Source: a virus
Lineage: Duplodnaviria; Caudoviricetes
Virus record (IMG/VR): IMGVR_UViG_3300017913_002479
Span: 1-47,808 of that record
Direction: 5' to 3' (one strand)
Length of the DNA stretch: 47,808 nt
Position 1 is the stretch's first letter, and each line of letters starts with the position of its first letter. This document shows, in pieces, positions 36,209-45,889 of this stretch. The position numbers and the translations under genes are program-made. A model generated the notes under the pieces. It saw only the letters and a program-made list of their open reading frames with translations. It was not told the origin of the DNA and made no database searches.

Positions 36209-37030
36209 CTAGCGTACCCGTTTCATACACGTTACTTCTACATAACGTTTCCAGTTCTCTGGATTGTGTTTCATCAGGTCCGCAATCTTTGTTACCATGC
36301 GCAAGCTCACTTCACGCAAGCCTTCTTTGTTGGTGTCCATGTAACGCATCAATGCGCTCACTTGGCGCTTGTCGAATCCGTATGAATCAAGCATACCATC
36401 ATCTACCAACTGCTTACAGCGTAAGAACTTTTCACGCATGCTGTCAATTGTCAAATCCATATAGTGACAACGTGACATAATTGCATCCAAGTGGTCTTTG
36501 ATCTTACCACGTGCTGCTTCAAACTTTAGGTTAGTGATAAAAATAACACTACCTTTGAATTCAAAACGATCTGGAATACCTTCGCGGCGTAGTAGCGCAC
36601 TGTCTGTGTTCCAGTTCAAATAACGTTTGGCACTCGAATCAAGTGCTGCCTTCAGCAAGTTCAAGCTGGTCTCATCGTGTAACACTGTGTCACAGTCGTC
36701 CATAACCAACACAGAACCTTTGTCTGAGTTTTCGTACAATACCTTGTACAAACCAATTGCACTTGACGCACCTTTTACAACAGTGTAGCGGTCGCCTTTG
36801 TTGGCCAGTTTATCTAGCATACGGTTTTCGTTGAGCACTTGCTCGACACCGTATGATTTGCCAACACCCGGAGGGCCAGTAACAACCATACCACGCACAA
36901 CACCGTCAACACTGGCTTGTGTCATGTCGTTCAGAATATCAAAACGCTCACGCATACGTTTGATAACTTGTGCGTCTGTTTCTTGCTTTACAACTGTTTC
37001 TTTTACTGCTTTTTTAGTAGTACGTGCCAT
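36209..37030 (-). CDS. P-loop/AAA-type ATPase
   Basis: Walker A GPPGVGKS, Walker B VLVMDDCD, FITN, SR motifs. Confidence 0.85.
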   Translation of the reverse strand: MARTTKKAVKETVVKQETDAQVIKRMRERFDILNDMTQASVDGVVRGMVVTGPPGVGKSYGVEQVLNENRMLDKLANKGDRYTVVKGASSAIGLYKVLYENSDKGSVLVMDDCDTVLHDETSLNLLKAALDSSAKRYLNWNTDSALLRREGIPDRFEFKGSVIFITNLKFEAARGKIKDHLDAIMSRCHYMDLTIDSMREKFLRCKQLVDDGMLDSYGFDKRQVSALMRYMDTNKEGLREVSLRMVTKIADLMKHNPENWKRYVEVTCMKRVR

Positions 37031-37065
37031 ATGTTTCTCACTCCATTGTCTTTTAGTACACTAAT

Positions 37066-37093
37066 ATAATAACACAAGTACAACCTGTGTCAA
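37066..37093 (-). promoter_or_regulatory. Sigma70-type early promoter for the ATPase gene
   Basis: TTGACA-N16-TATTAT with a TGn extension. Confidence 0.55.
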
Positions 37094-37785
37094 CCTTTTA
37101 TTTCATCAATCTTTACATAATTTACCATTGTTTCGTCAGCATTGCTGTAACGGCTGGTTTCGTGTTGCTTGACTTTTGCTGTGATTTTTACCGTTTTGCC
37201 TTCCAATACACCAGTAAGGTCTGGATCCTTGTTCCAGAAGAACTTGATAATGTGTGCATCATTGTAAATGCTGGTTACCACATAGCTGCCAAAGTTGCGC
37301 AAATACTTCATGTCAATGATTTCAACAACCATGCTCATACGTTGACCAATGCTGCCTTGAAATTTGCTGGTCTTTTTGTAACGACCCATTTGCTCATTGA
37401 ACGCTTCACGTTTCTGATCAATTGCATAGCTCTGCGGAAGGCTGGCTGCAACACTAACACCAAAGCGATCCACTGCGGTGTTCATAATAAAATCACTGAC
37501 ACGTTCTTCAAAGCTGTTTAGCTCGCCGCTCAACTTTTTCAGTGCCATGCTGGTTTGGAAATGTTCGCTGATTTCACGTGCTTTTTCAGCATGCGAATCG
37601 TTGACTTCAATGTCTTGAAACTCTGGCAAACCATCAAGCATGCCAGTGATAACAGTTTTGTTATCGTAAATCATTTTGGTTTTTTCGTTGTCATAGTATC
37701 CGTTGCCGCTGGCAACAAAGCCTTGCAGTTCGTTTACTGCAACTGCGTAAGACATTACTTTTTCAAAATCGTATGATTGTTTCAT
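37090..37785 (-). CDS. Putative OB-fold nucleic-acid-binding protein
   Basis: C-terminal G-IGQR...FG...AKVKQH...ETMVNYV pattern. Confidence 0.6.
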   Translation of the reverse strand: MKQSYDFEKVMSYAVAVNELQGFVASGNGYYDNEKTKMIYDNKTVITGMLDGLPEFQDIEVNDSHAEKAREISEHFQTSMALKKLSGELNSFEERVSDFIMNTAVDRFGVSVAASLPQSYAIDQKREAFNEQMGRYKKTSKFQGSIGQRMSMVVEIIDMKYLRNFGSYVVTSIYNDAHIIKFFWNKDPDLTGVLEGKTVKITAKVKQHETSRYSNADETMVNYVKIDEIKG

Positions 37786-37819
37786 TGTGTCTGCCCTCTT
37801 CTATCAACGCTATACATAT

Positions 37820-37848
37820 AATATAATGCGTCTTGGTTCAAAGGTCAA
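37820..37848 (-). promoter_or_regulatory. Sigma70-type early promoter with UP-like A tracts
   Basis: TTGACC-N17-TATATT; A/T tracts at about 37860-37880. Confidence 0.75.
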
Positions 37849-37879
37849 CCTCATTGTGGCATTTTTTTGAAAAAACTTT

Positions 37880-38230
37880 TCAAAAGTAACACTCTACTAT
37901 CCGGTCTTTATAGTAAGCCATTGTAGAACCATCAGCTTTGGTTTCAAGTCTTGCTAGTGCACGTTCTTTTGGTTTGTTGAAACACCGGTTTAGACTCTGA
38001 CCAGGATAACGATAGCGTGGATTTTGCTTTACAAACTCCCAGATGCGATCTTCTTCAGCAAAACGTATTTTGTTTTTCTCTGTTACAATACATGCAGCAA
38101 TATCGCTCCATGTACTTGTTTTATTCAAACCCATGTAGTTGTGTTTGGCTTGACATGCTTTTACGATACTATTGTCTGGTTCTGCCCATGCAGGTACAGC
38201 CAACAGTGCAAATACTAAAAAATACTTCAT
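37880..38230 (-). CDS. Secreted Cys-containing protein, paralog of 2649-3047
   Basis: Signal peptide AWA-E; NPRYRYPGQSLNRCF motif. Confidence 0.8.
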   Translation of the reverse strand: MKYFLVFALLAVPAWAEPDNSIVKACQAKHNYMGLNKTSTWSDIAACIVTEKNKIRFAEEDRIWEFVKQNPRYRYPGQSLNRCFNKPKERALARLETKADGSTMAYYKDRIVECYF

Positions 38231-38694
38231 AAGGATACATCTTCCAATCCGGCTGCACGGATCTTTGTAATGTTGTTTAGCTGAAACTGTTTTGCATCCA
38301 GTGCTTTGATAAGCCCAAGATATTTGTTGCGCACCAGTGCAAACTCGTTTACCAAATGCTGCATATCAATCACGTCATCGTCGCCATCGGCAAACTTTTC
38401 AGCATCTCTGCTGCTTAGGCTGCGATTGTAATTTTCCATGTAAGTTCTAAACTTTTTGCTGCGCAATTTGCGAAGTTCAATATTCAGATACTCCAGTATT
38501 GCTTCAACTTCTTGAAGTTGATTGAAACGTATTTCAACAATACCGGGTATCTCTCTGCTGTTGCGTTCCAAATTACCTTTGAGGCTACACTCGACTCTTG
38601 CTTGTTCAAGTTCGCTGTTGTAGTGTAGTATACAATCTGGTAATTTGCTTAGGTTACGATATACAGTATCAAACCAATTATTCGTCCCATTCAT
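38227..38694 (-). CDS. uvsY: Recombination mediator UvsY
   Basis: Helical 155-aa protein downstream of uvsX; AEKF-DGD and K-FQL-NI motifs. Confidence 0.7.
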   Translation of the reverse strand: MNGTNNWFDTVYRNLSKLPDCILHYNSELEQARVECSLKGNLERNSREIPGIVEIRFNQLQEVEAILEYLNIELRKLRSKKFRTYMENYNRSLSSRDAEKFADGDDDVIDMQHLVNEFALVRNKYLGLIKALDAKQFQLNNITKIRAAGLEDVSL

Positions 38695-38947
38695 CGGCTA
38701 GCCAGTCTTCTTCATCATCTTCGGTTTCTTCAAATTCTGCTACTAAGTTCAATGCACGGTCAAGTGTATTATCCTGACCGTACAAGTTTTCATAAATGTT
38801 TTCAATATCAAAACTTTCAGAGACCAGCACATCAATAAAGTCTGTGGCTGCCTGGGATCTATCTTTACTTGGAATATTGTTTTTCAAACTACTCCAAATT
38901 TCAAGTAGGAGATTACTCTCCTGTTCCGTCAATCTCATCGATAACAT
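38678..38947 (-). CDS. Acidic hypothetical protein
   Basis: 89 aa between uvsX and uvsY; acidic tail. Confidence 0.65.
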   Translation of the reverse strand: MLSMRLTEQESNLLLEIWSSLKNNIPSKDRSQAATDFIDVLVSESFDIENIYENLYGQDNTLDRALNLVAEFEETEDDEEDWLADEWDE

Positions 38948-40016
38948 CCTCTGCGTCTTCGGCGATATTTACCTCGGACATGTCTTTTTGATTCCACTCT
39001 TGGATAATCACATCCAAGCAACCGTCGTCGTTGCGTTCCCAACCCTTGCGGAATTTGGTTACAACTTCTCCAGTAACATTACTGGTGAATTCTAATCGGT
39101 TACCTGTTTTCTTTAGTATGCCTTTTGCTTCGCAGAGATCTACAAGTCCGCTGTATGGATTCATACCAGTTTCGTATGGAATCTTTACTTGTACACTTTC
39201 AAAAGGTTTTGCATAGCGTGTTTTCATTACTTTACATGCTGCACGAATACCTTTTACTTCGCTGATCTTGTTACCGTCTTCATCTTCTTTTAGTTTCAGT
39301 TTACGCATTGCAACAACAATACTTGACGCATAGATAAAGCCTTGACCGCCTGAAATTTTATCATCTGGATCAAACATATCCTGTGATGCATATGTATGGT
39401 TAGTTGCTACTAGTCCAACATTGTAATCACCAAACATGTTCACACAGTTACGAACCAGTGCTGTTAGTGCTTTAGGCTTACGACCCAGGTCGCCTTTCAT
39501 ATCACCTTTGGTAAACTGATCAACATCAGTGGGTGTTAGCATCATGCCAAGACTGTCAATTACAAACAACACTTTAGGACGATCTTCTTCGTCTTTGTCT
39601 GCATAACTGGCTTTGTAGTCTTTCATAAACTCACTGATTACCTTTGCAACATCGTCAATCATTGCAACATTCAATTTCATCAGTGCCTCGTCACTGGTAT
39701 CAACATCCAGTGCTTTTAGCCATGCTTCGTCTAGTGCATTTTCACTGTCAATCAGTACAACAAAAATACCTTGCTTTTGTGCTTCACGCACAACATTGCC
39801 ACTACAAATAAAACTTTTACCTGCACCTGATTCTCCTGCAAACACACTAACTTTACCCAGTGGAATGCCTTTGTGAAAATCACCGCTGATCAAATAGTTC
39901 AGAGTATAGTTACCTGTTGAAATCCATGTGTCTGGATCACGAAAACCGCTGCTGAGCCCAGGTACGCTCTTTGTAATACTTTTGCGGAATTTACTTACAT
40001 CAAATGGTTTTGCCAT
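38913..40016 (-). CDS. uvsX: RecA-like recombinase UvsX
   Basis: ISTG, GESGAGKS, IDSENA, VIDSLG, TNHTY, SGG, KTR motifs; start at MAKPF with AGGAG SD. Confidence 0.95.
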   Translation of the reverse strand: MAKPFDVSKFRKSITKSVPGLSSGFRDPDTWISTGNYTLNYLISGDFHKGIPLGKVSVFAGESGAGKSFICSGNVVREAQKQGIFVVLIDSENALDEAWLKALDVDTSDEALMKLNVAMIDDVAKVISEFMKDYKASYADKDEEDRPKVLFVIDSLGMMLTPTDVDQFTKGDMKGDLGRKPKALTALVRNCVNMFGDYNVGLVATNHTYASQDMFDPDDKISGGQGFIYASSIVVAMRKLKLKEDEDGNKISEVKGIRAACKVMKTRYAKPFESVQVKIPYETGMNPYSGLVDLCEAKGILKKTGNRLEFTSNVTGEVVTKFRKGWERNDDGCLDVIIQEWNQKDMSEVNIAEDAEDVIDEIDGTGE

Positions 40017-40033
40017 GTGCATCTCCTCAAGTC

Positions 40034-40060
40034 AAAAGGGGGCAAACTCATGCTGCCCCC
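40034..40060 (-). terminator. Intrinsic terminator after the SSB gene
   Basis: GGGGGCA-N9-TGCCCCC followed by TTTT on the minus strand. Confidence 0.8.
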
Positions 40061-40070
40061 CTGTGTGCGT

Positions 40071-41102
40071 TTAGCCTTCTTTGCGAGCACGAATTGCTGC
40101 TAGAATATCCTGTGCACTTGCTTTAGGTTCTTCACTTGCTGCTGGAGCAGGTGCTGCTGGTGCTGCTGGAGCAGGAGCAGGATCTTGCCAACCTGTGTCA
40201 TTTACAGTTTCGGCTACAGGAGCCGCAGCTGGAGCAGCCGCAGGCTGCGGTGCAGGACTAGGAGCTACACTCGGTGATGCTGCTGATGCACTGCCAGCTG
40301 GTGCACTTACACCCGGAGGACGATAAAACTGTCCAAACTCTTCTGGATCGTACAGTTGCCCGTCAACACTTGCTTCAAACATGCGACGAATTGCATCAAG
40401 TCCTTCTGCCGAAGGTTTAGCAGGCATGAAATCGTTCAAGTTGAACAGTCCATGCGTATCAATCGCAGCACGTTCATTCTCGTCCAAGCTGCGCTCACGG
40501 CGTGCCCAGTTACTTGTGCTATAGTCAGCGTATTGACCTTTTGTTGTTTTGTGAATTTTGAAATCAGTTCCTTCTTCCATATCAGTAGGAAGTGCAGGAA
40601 AGTCCGGATCCATCAATGCTTGCTTGATGATGTTGAAAATTTGTGGACCCATGATAAAGCGACGAATCGGATTATCAGGTGTTGTGTCTTCTTGTAGTTC
40701 GCTGTTTACTACAAAACCTTGGAAAATATAGCTGCGCTTTTTCCAGTACTTACGACCCATATCCTCTAGTGAAGGATCTTTGAACCAAGGACGTACTTCA
40801 GCCAGTACAGGACATGAACCAGTTGGTTCCCACATTTCCATGCACGGAACGTTTACTGTGACACGACGACTGTCTGCTTGTCCTTTGATACCAGGAAAGT
40901 CCAGACGAATCATTTGACGCTCTTTCCAAAAGAAATCGTTCGTCGTATCGCCGTCGTTTAGGAATCGTACTGTTGCTGATTTGTTTTCTTCTAGGTTCCA
41001 AAACGGAAAGATTCCGTTGTCACCACCACCTGAGCTGCTGCTCGAACTGCTGTTATTTTCCTGTGCCAGTAGTTTTGCACGAATTTCTGCCAATGAAGCC
41101 AT
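40071..41102 (-). CDS. Single-stranded DNA-binding protein (T4 gp32-like)
   Basis: ATVRFL, C...CPV, DF-I-K...YADYS-S-W motifs; Pro/Ala tail; start MASLAE with AGGAG SD. Confidence 0.88.
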   Translation of the reverse strand: MASLAEIRAKLLAQENNSSSSSSSGGGDNGIFPFWNLEENKSATVRFLNDGDTTNDFFWKERQMIRLDFPGIKGQADSRRVTVNVPCMEMWEPTGSCPVLAEVRPWFKDPSLEDMGRKYWKKRSYIFQGFVVNSELQEDTTPDNPIRRFIMGPQIFNIIKQALMDPDFPALPTDMEEGTDFKIHKTTKGQYADYSTSNWARRERSLDENERAAIDTHGLFNLNDFMPAKPSAEGLDAIRRMFEASVDGQLYDPEEFGQFYRPPGVSAPAGSASAASPSVAPSPAPQPAAAPAAAPVAETVNDTGWQDPAPAPAAPAAPAPAASEEPKASAQDILAAIRARKEG

Positions 41103-41158
41103 AATGTTTCTCCTATGTATATGCCTATGTTTTGCCAATTTGCTTGACTATAAGTGTT

Positions 41159-41188
41159 AGTATACAGCCAAACAACGATATTTGTCAA
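41159..41188 (-). promoter_or_regulatory. Sigma70-type promoter for the SSB gene
   Basis: TTGACA-N18-TATACT. Confidence 0.7.
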
Positions 41189-41195
41189 GTGAAAT

Positions 41196-42521
41196 TTAGA
41201 ACTTTGGTTCGAAAATTTCAAATGATTCTTCAAGTGATTCATATGCTTGATCTGCTACGCTTGAACTTGCTACTGCTTGTTCTTTTTTCATTGTAGCAGA
41301 TTTGTACAAGAAGTCAATCACTTTTTCAACCCCAAGTAAAAATTTAGGGCTCATAATATGAACATTGTCAGCTAATCTTGCTAGGTGATTGCTGACAGTG
41401 TCATCCATTGTGCGCTGTGCTAGATAACTAGCCATTGCACCCAATTTTGCTGTTTTACCTTGTGGACCTGCGTATTTGTTTTGACTTTCTGCTTCTGGAT
41501 TTGCAGGGTCATCTACTTCTACGCCGCGGAACGCAATGTTCTTGTTTTTGTTGATGTACTGTACCAATTGTACAACATCATCTTGCGCTTCTTTTGCTGC
41601 ACGATTTTCAGCGACTAGACGTGTAACAATGCCCAATGCATCGTTTAGTCCTTCGTCAAAATTCTTAGCAGTAAAACGTTCACGCATCTTATTTACTTTT
41701 GTAGGACTTGCAGTGAAGCTTTTTGCTTTGTATTCGCATGAACACTCTTTGTAGTATGCTTCAGTTTGTAGACGCTTGATGTGTTCACGTATACGTGTCT
41801 TTGCTTCTTTTACCAATTCAACTTCTTCTTCGTTGCCTTCTTGCAGTTTGTTGCCGTTGACCCAACGTTCAAACTTCATAAGGTCGCCAAGTTCTTTGCT
41901 TTGTTCAATGATGTGCTGTCCAAAATCATCGTATGGATTGCCGCCTTCTTTTACATGACGTAGCATTGCACGTGCGCCAGCTAGGTGATTATATGGATAT
42001 TGGAAGCGTTCACCTGCGCTGTTCTCTAAGTAAATGGCTTGAATGTTTCTACTTCTACTACCGCGAACTTCTTCGTCGACTGCTTTTTTGTGCTTGATGA
42101 TAATTTTGCTGTCCTTCAGCTCTTGGTAACTGGTTTTAGTTTTGCCATATGGCTTGCTAAAACTTTCGTTTGTTTCTTGTTTCATAGCTACGCTTCCTTG
42201 ATATGCAAAGTCTTTTGGTTCAATCTGTTTGCTGAATCGTTTTAGTGTAAACTCAATGAGATTTTTGTGTGCAATGTTTTTGAGACCTTTGAAAATGTGT
42301 TCGAATTGTTTTGGCGAAACTTCACCGCCAAACATCACTTTCAGTTCTTCACGACTTTCACTGTCATCCAAGTGAATCATTATCTTACTGTCTTTCAAGT
42401 AAAAGCGTCTAGCATCGTTTGTATCCAACGTGCTTTCGCCAGTGGTTGTAAAAAGGACGACATGCTCGCCCAGTCCTTTTACGTAATCAAAAATCTTTTC
42501 TGCAATGTTTGAACTGTCCAT
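41196..42521 (-). CDS. Conserved late (putative head-associated) protein
   Basis: 441 aa; RSRNI-AIY-EN--GERF-YP--HL-GARAM-RHV--GG-PYD motif; TATAAATA 5 nt upstream. Confidence 0.75.
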   Translation of the reverse strand: MDSSNIAEKIFDYVKGLGEHVVLFTTTGESTLDTNDARRFYLKDSKIMIHLDDSESREELKVMFGGEVSPKQFEHIFKGLKNIAHKNLIEFTLKRFSKQIEPKDFAYQGSVAMKQETNESFSKPYGKTKTSYQELKDSKIIIKHKKAVDEEVRGSRSRNIQAIYLENSAGERFQYPYNHLAGARAMLRHVKEGGNPYDDFGQHIIEQSKELGDLMKFERWVNGNKLQEGNEEEVELVKEAKTRIREHIKRLQTEAYYKECSCEYKAKSFTASPTKVNKMRERFTAKNFDEGLNDALGIVTRLVAENRAAKEAQDDVVQLVQYINKNKNIAFRGVEVDDPANPEAESQNKYAGPQGKTAKLGAMASYLAQRTMDDTVSNHLARLADNVHIMSPKFLLGVEKVIDFLYKSATMKKEQAVASSSVADQAYESLEESFEIFEPKF

Positions 42522-42526
42522 AATAC

Positions 42527-42534
42527 TATTTATA
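42527..42534 (-). promoter_or_regulatory. T4-type late promoter overlapping the terminase stop codon
   Basis: Exact TATAAATA, 5 nt before the ATG at 42521. Confidence 0.75.
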
Positions 42535-44083
42535 TAAAACCTATCGGCATTGGCATTCTTACTTCGTCATCACTGCCGTCTGATTCATTCATCATACTGA
42601 ATGCATTCTCGTCATATCTTACAACGTTTTGAATCATGCGTGTACACAGCATTGTTGCCATTACAAGATCGTCTGTTTCGCCTTCTTTGGCTGCATAGCT
42701 GTTGCCACGTGCTACAAATGTTTTGACTTCGCGTATCAAGTTCTTGCTGCGTATTTTCATCTTGTCAGATTCTACCCACTGCTTGAACTTTGCACAGGCT
42801 GCAATTTTTGTTTTGTGTGTGGTGTTGAATCCTTTTCTAAATCGTCTAGCATTGCCAGAACGTTTTGGCTCGCTGAGGAATGTGCCAGCAAAATTGTCTT
42901 CGCCCATTTCATTGATGGCTACCAATGCTGCTTCGCCTAGTGTGTTGTTTTCCACACTCCAATATATTTCACTGTCTGGCACTTCGTCTAATGCTTGTAT
43001 AATACTGTGCATGATTCTTATTTGTGCTTGTATAGGTGTTTTGTTGTGTTGCCATTCTGCTACTTGTTCTAGTTTGGGCAAACTGTACACCTGTATAGCT
43101 GCATTGTCGCCACCAGTGCCCAAGCTAGGATCAAGCCCTACAATGAATGTACTGCCACGCTGTGGTTTGGTGTACCAACGCACTTGTCCAATGCGTTCCA
43201 ATGGATCTACACCTTCCAAGTCTGGCAGTTTCAGACTGTTGATCAATGTTTCATCAAACGCAATAAATTCACATTCGTGTTCACGTCTAAAACGTTCTTC
43301 ACCAATTTTGTTGCGTTCGCTGTCTGCCCACTGTTGATCTCTATCAGGATGATCGCTCCAGTGTACACGGAAACTTCTAAATCCGTTTTTGCCTACATCT
43401 GTTTCATTGCCATATTCGTCCAGTCGCTTTTCAGCATCTTTCCAAATACGTGCAAACTGATCGTCGTCTTGGTTCGGCGTACTGGTAATAAAACATTTAC
43501 CACCTGTACTCAATGTTGGTGATAGTGAAGTCCAGAACTCTTGTGCAACTCTAGGCGGCACAAATGCAAATTCGTCCAAGTACACCAATGTAAGTGACAA
43601 ACCACGTCCTGTGTTTTCTGTAGTTGCTTGTGCAATAATACGTGATCCGTTGTCAAATTCCAACGATCCTTTGTTGTACGCTGTTACACCTGCACGTATA
43701 TGATCTGGGCACATTTCATACATGTATCTGATACGCTGCATGATTTCCTGTGCACCTGAGTACTTGTGTGCAGCAATAAGAATAGTACTGTCTGGTTGAA
43801 ACATTGCATACCAAAGCAAGTATGCAGCCGCACAAGTCGACTTGCCTGTTTGTCGCGGCAACAAGCTGATACTGTATCTGTAGTTATTGTAGGTATCCAA
43901 TAAGTCATGTTGATACTCATACAAAGCAAACTTCATACGTCCTTTGGTAGGATGCTGAATATAACAAAAGTTCAATGCAAAGTATTTTGGGTCAGCCATA
44001 CACTGAGCCAATTCCATCATTTGGTCTCTTGTAAAGGATTGATCCTGGTGCGGACGTTTTATGAGTCCTGTATCTACTGTCAT
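42530..44083 (-). CDS. terL: Terminase large subunit (T4 gp17-like)
   Basis: RQTGKS Walker A, LVYLDEFAF Walker B, ITSTP, GLDPSLGTGGD and DDLV nuclease motifs. Confidence 0.96.
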   Translation of the reverse strand: MTVDTGLIKRPHQDQSFTRDQMMELAQCMADPKYFALNFCYIQHPTKGRMKFALYEYQHDLLDTYNNYRYSISLLPRQTGKSTCAAAYLLWYAMFQPDSTILIAAHKYSGAQEIMQRIRYMYEMCPDHIRAGVTAYNKGSLEFDNGSRIIAQATTENTGRGLSLTLVYLDEFAFVPPRVAQEFWTSLSPTLSTGGKCFITSTPNQDDDQFARIWKDAEKRLDEYGNETDVGKNGFRSFRVHWSDHPDRDQQWADSERNKIGEERFRREHECEFIAFDETLINSLKLPDLEGVDPLERIGQVRWYTKPQRGSTFIVGLDPSLGTGGDNAAIQVYSLPKLEQVAEWQHNKTPIQAQIRIMHSIIQALDEVPDSEIYWSVENNTLGEAALVAINEMGEDNFAGTFLSEPKRSGNARRFRKGFNTTHKTKIAACAKFKQWVESDKMKIRSKNLIREVKTFVARGNSYAAKEGETDDLVMATMLCTRMIQNVVRYDENAFSMMNESDGSDDEVRMPMPIGFI

Positions 44084-44084
44084 A

Positions 44085-45146
44085 TTATGCGTTCTTTGGA
44101 TTGAATTGGAACAACATTTCCTGCGGTTTATCAGTTGTAATAATTGCAGGGTTCTTTTTGTACATGGTGATGTTTCTAAGATCGTTACCTGACGTAATAG
44201 TTGCTACTGAGTTGTTTGCAAAACTGATGCTGCACAATACACTCCAGTCGCCGCCCATATCGCTGTTCTTGTACCAGTTGAAATTGCTTTCAATGTATGC
44301 ACGACGAACTTCATCTGGACTTGCACCACGTGCAAATGTATCAACAACAGGTGCTGCTTCATTGCCAAATATTGTACCAAATACTTTCTGACCAATTGCT
44401 TTGCGTGTATTTGGATCTGGGTTTACTTGATCAACAAGTTTTACAAAGGTTTCTACATTCATGCTGGCTTGACGTTCTAAGAATTGATTCACTGTGGGTG
44501 CAAGCACTTCAAAACTTTGCAGTATGTCTACCATTGTTTGTCTACTTGGCAGTCTGCCAGTTTCGCCAAAACGTCCACCACCGCTGCCAAGTTTTTCACC
44601 TACGGCAGCTTTTACTTCAACAGCAACATTACCAATGGTAACATCACCTTTGCCTTCAATTGATATTTTTTGACTTAGAATAGCAAGAGCATGTTCTGCT
44701 GGACCTTTCATTTTTTGTCCAACACCGTAAATTTTCAAATGATCAAACATTGCTTTGTTTACAGGATCATTGTTACACAGTTCATCAATTGTGTACTGAC
44801 CAGGTGTAAGCAAAACCTTAGGATTGATCACAGTGTCTTTTTCCAAGTTGCTCACAAAACGAACTTTGTCTTTGTAGCTGATAGGTGCTTCGCTGATCTT
44901 GCCAGCAATCTTCATAATTTCTTGATCACTGTATTCGCCACGCAACACCGACGGAAGTACTGATTGGAATCTGTCTACTACATTGCTTTTGTTGAGAATT
45001 GTGTAAACACGATCCAACAGCTCGGCATTCTGCTTTTGTATTTTTTCATCGCCGGCCGCAGTGTCTATGCTGTTGATCGTCTTGAGGATCTCAGCTTTCA
45101 ACTGATCTACATTGTCATACTCGAATAAAAATTGTCTTGCTCTCAT
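44085..45146 (-). CDS. Putative head-packaged PD-(D/E)XK nuclease-fold protein
   Basis: GPAEHAL...GKGDV-IG---VEVKA; propeptide MRARQFLFE; TAAATA 5 nt upstream. Confidence 0.6.
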   Translation of the reverse strand: MRARQFLFEYDNVDQLKAEILKTINSIDTAAGDEKIQKQNAELLDRVYTILNKSNVVDRFQSVLPSVLRGEYSDQEIMKIAGKISEAPISYKDKVRFVSNLEKDTVINPKVLLTPGQYTIDELCNNDPVNKAMFDHLKIYGVGQKMKGPAEHALAILSQKISIEGKGDVTIGNVAVEVKAAVGEKLGSGGGRFGETGRLPSRQTMVDILQSFEVLAPTVNQFLERQASMNVETFVKLVDQVNPDPNTRKAIGQKVFGTIFGNEAAPVVDTFARGASPDEVRRAYIESNFNWYKNSDMGGDWSVLCSISFANNSVATITSGNDLRNITMYKKNPAIITTDKPQEMLFQFNPKNA

Positions 45147-45166
45147 AGTATTATTTACCAAGTCAG

Positions 45167-45193
45167 AAAAAAAGGCTGCAACTTGTGCAGCCT
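45167..45193 (-). terminator. Intrinsic terminator
   Basis: AGGCTGCA-N5-TGCAGCCT followed by a U tract. Confidence 0.85.
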
Positions 45194-45204
45194 AGTATAA
45201 ATGA

Positions 45205-45888
45205 TTAGATGCCTGCTAGCCTACGTAGTGCTGCTAGGTCTTCATTACTAACGGAATCATTTAGTTCGTGAGCAGTTGCTTTGCTCATCTTGGTCTTGTA
45301 TTTTTTACCGTTGAATTCGAACTCATCTTTGTGTGCTCTTGCTGCCGCTGCGGCTGCTTGATTGAATGCGTTTTCTTCAACGTCTGCTTCGTTCATGTCA
45401 TGATGTCTACGGAAGTCTGCTACAAATTCTTCAATTTGATCAACGTCTAAGAAACGAACAAGTTCGTCTAATACTAGTTGATGTGATCCAACTTCGTCGA
45501 TCAAGTCATATAGTGGTGACGCTGCATCGCCTACTGCTTCGTCCATTTTAGATTCCTCTACTTCGTCGCAACGTGACATGATTTCACGTGCTACTCTTTC
45601 ACGTACATCAGTATCTTCTGCTTCGTCATGCGGAGTATCGTCTGCTAGCATGGTTAGCATTTGCATTGCTGCATCAACTGCTTTTCTGCTGTCCATTTTA
45701 CCATCTTTGACCAAGTCACATGCAGCAACAACAATTTCTTCTACTTCTTCGTTGCCACCGTCAGTGAACATGCCATAGTCCATATTGCTAGCATATTTGC
45801 CAGCTGCTGGATTGTAGTCTGGTGCGCCCATGCTTGCTTCTTCAATATCTTCTGCCAAATACTGTTTGATTCTCTCCGCTAAACTCAT
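45205..45888 (-). CDS. Acidic internal-head/scaffold-like protein
   Basis: Very acidic; several (I/V/M)-x-E sites; ends LRRLAGI. Confidence 0.7.
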   Translation of the reverse strand: MSLAERIKQYLAEDIEEASMGAPDYNPAAGKYASNMDYGMFTDGGNEEVEEIVVAACDLVKDGKMDSRKAVDAAMQMLTMLADDTPHDEAEDTDVRERVAREIMSRCDEVEESKMDEAVGDAASPLYDLIDEVGSHQLVLDELVRFLDVDQIEEFVADFRRHHDMNEADVEENAFNQAAAAAARAHKDEFEFNGKKYKTKMSKATAHELNDSVSNEDLAALRRLAGI

Positions 45889-45889
45889 C

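Noticed and set aside
40081-40326. Ala/Gly-rich plus-strand ORF or tandem repeat
   Set aside because: It is the antisense of the Pro/Ala-rich gp32 tail.
42702-43337. Long antisense ORFs (also 31499-32038, 33048-33587, 19120-19623)
   Set aside because: They lie opposite well-supported genes and have no motifs or expression signals.
12211-44083. Inteins or introns in nrdA, nrdB, helicase, uvsX, uvsW or terL
   Set aside because: All are continuous ORFs of normal length with no splice-junction or homing-endonuclease motifs.
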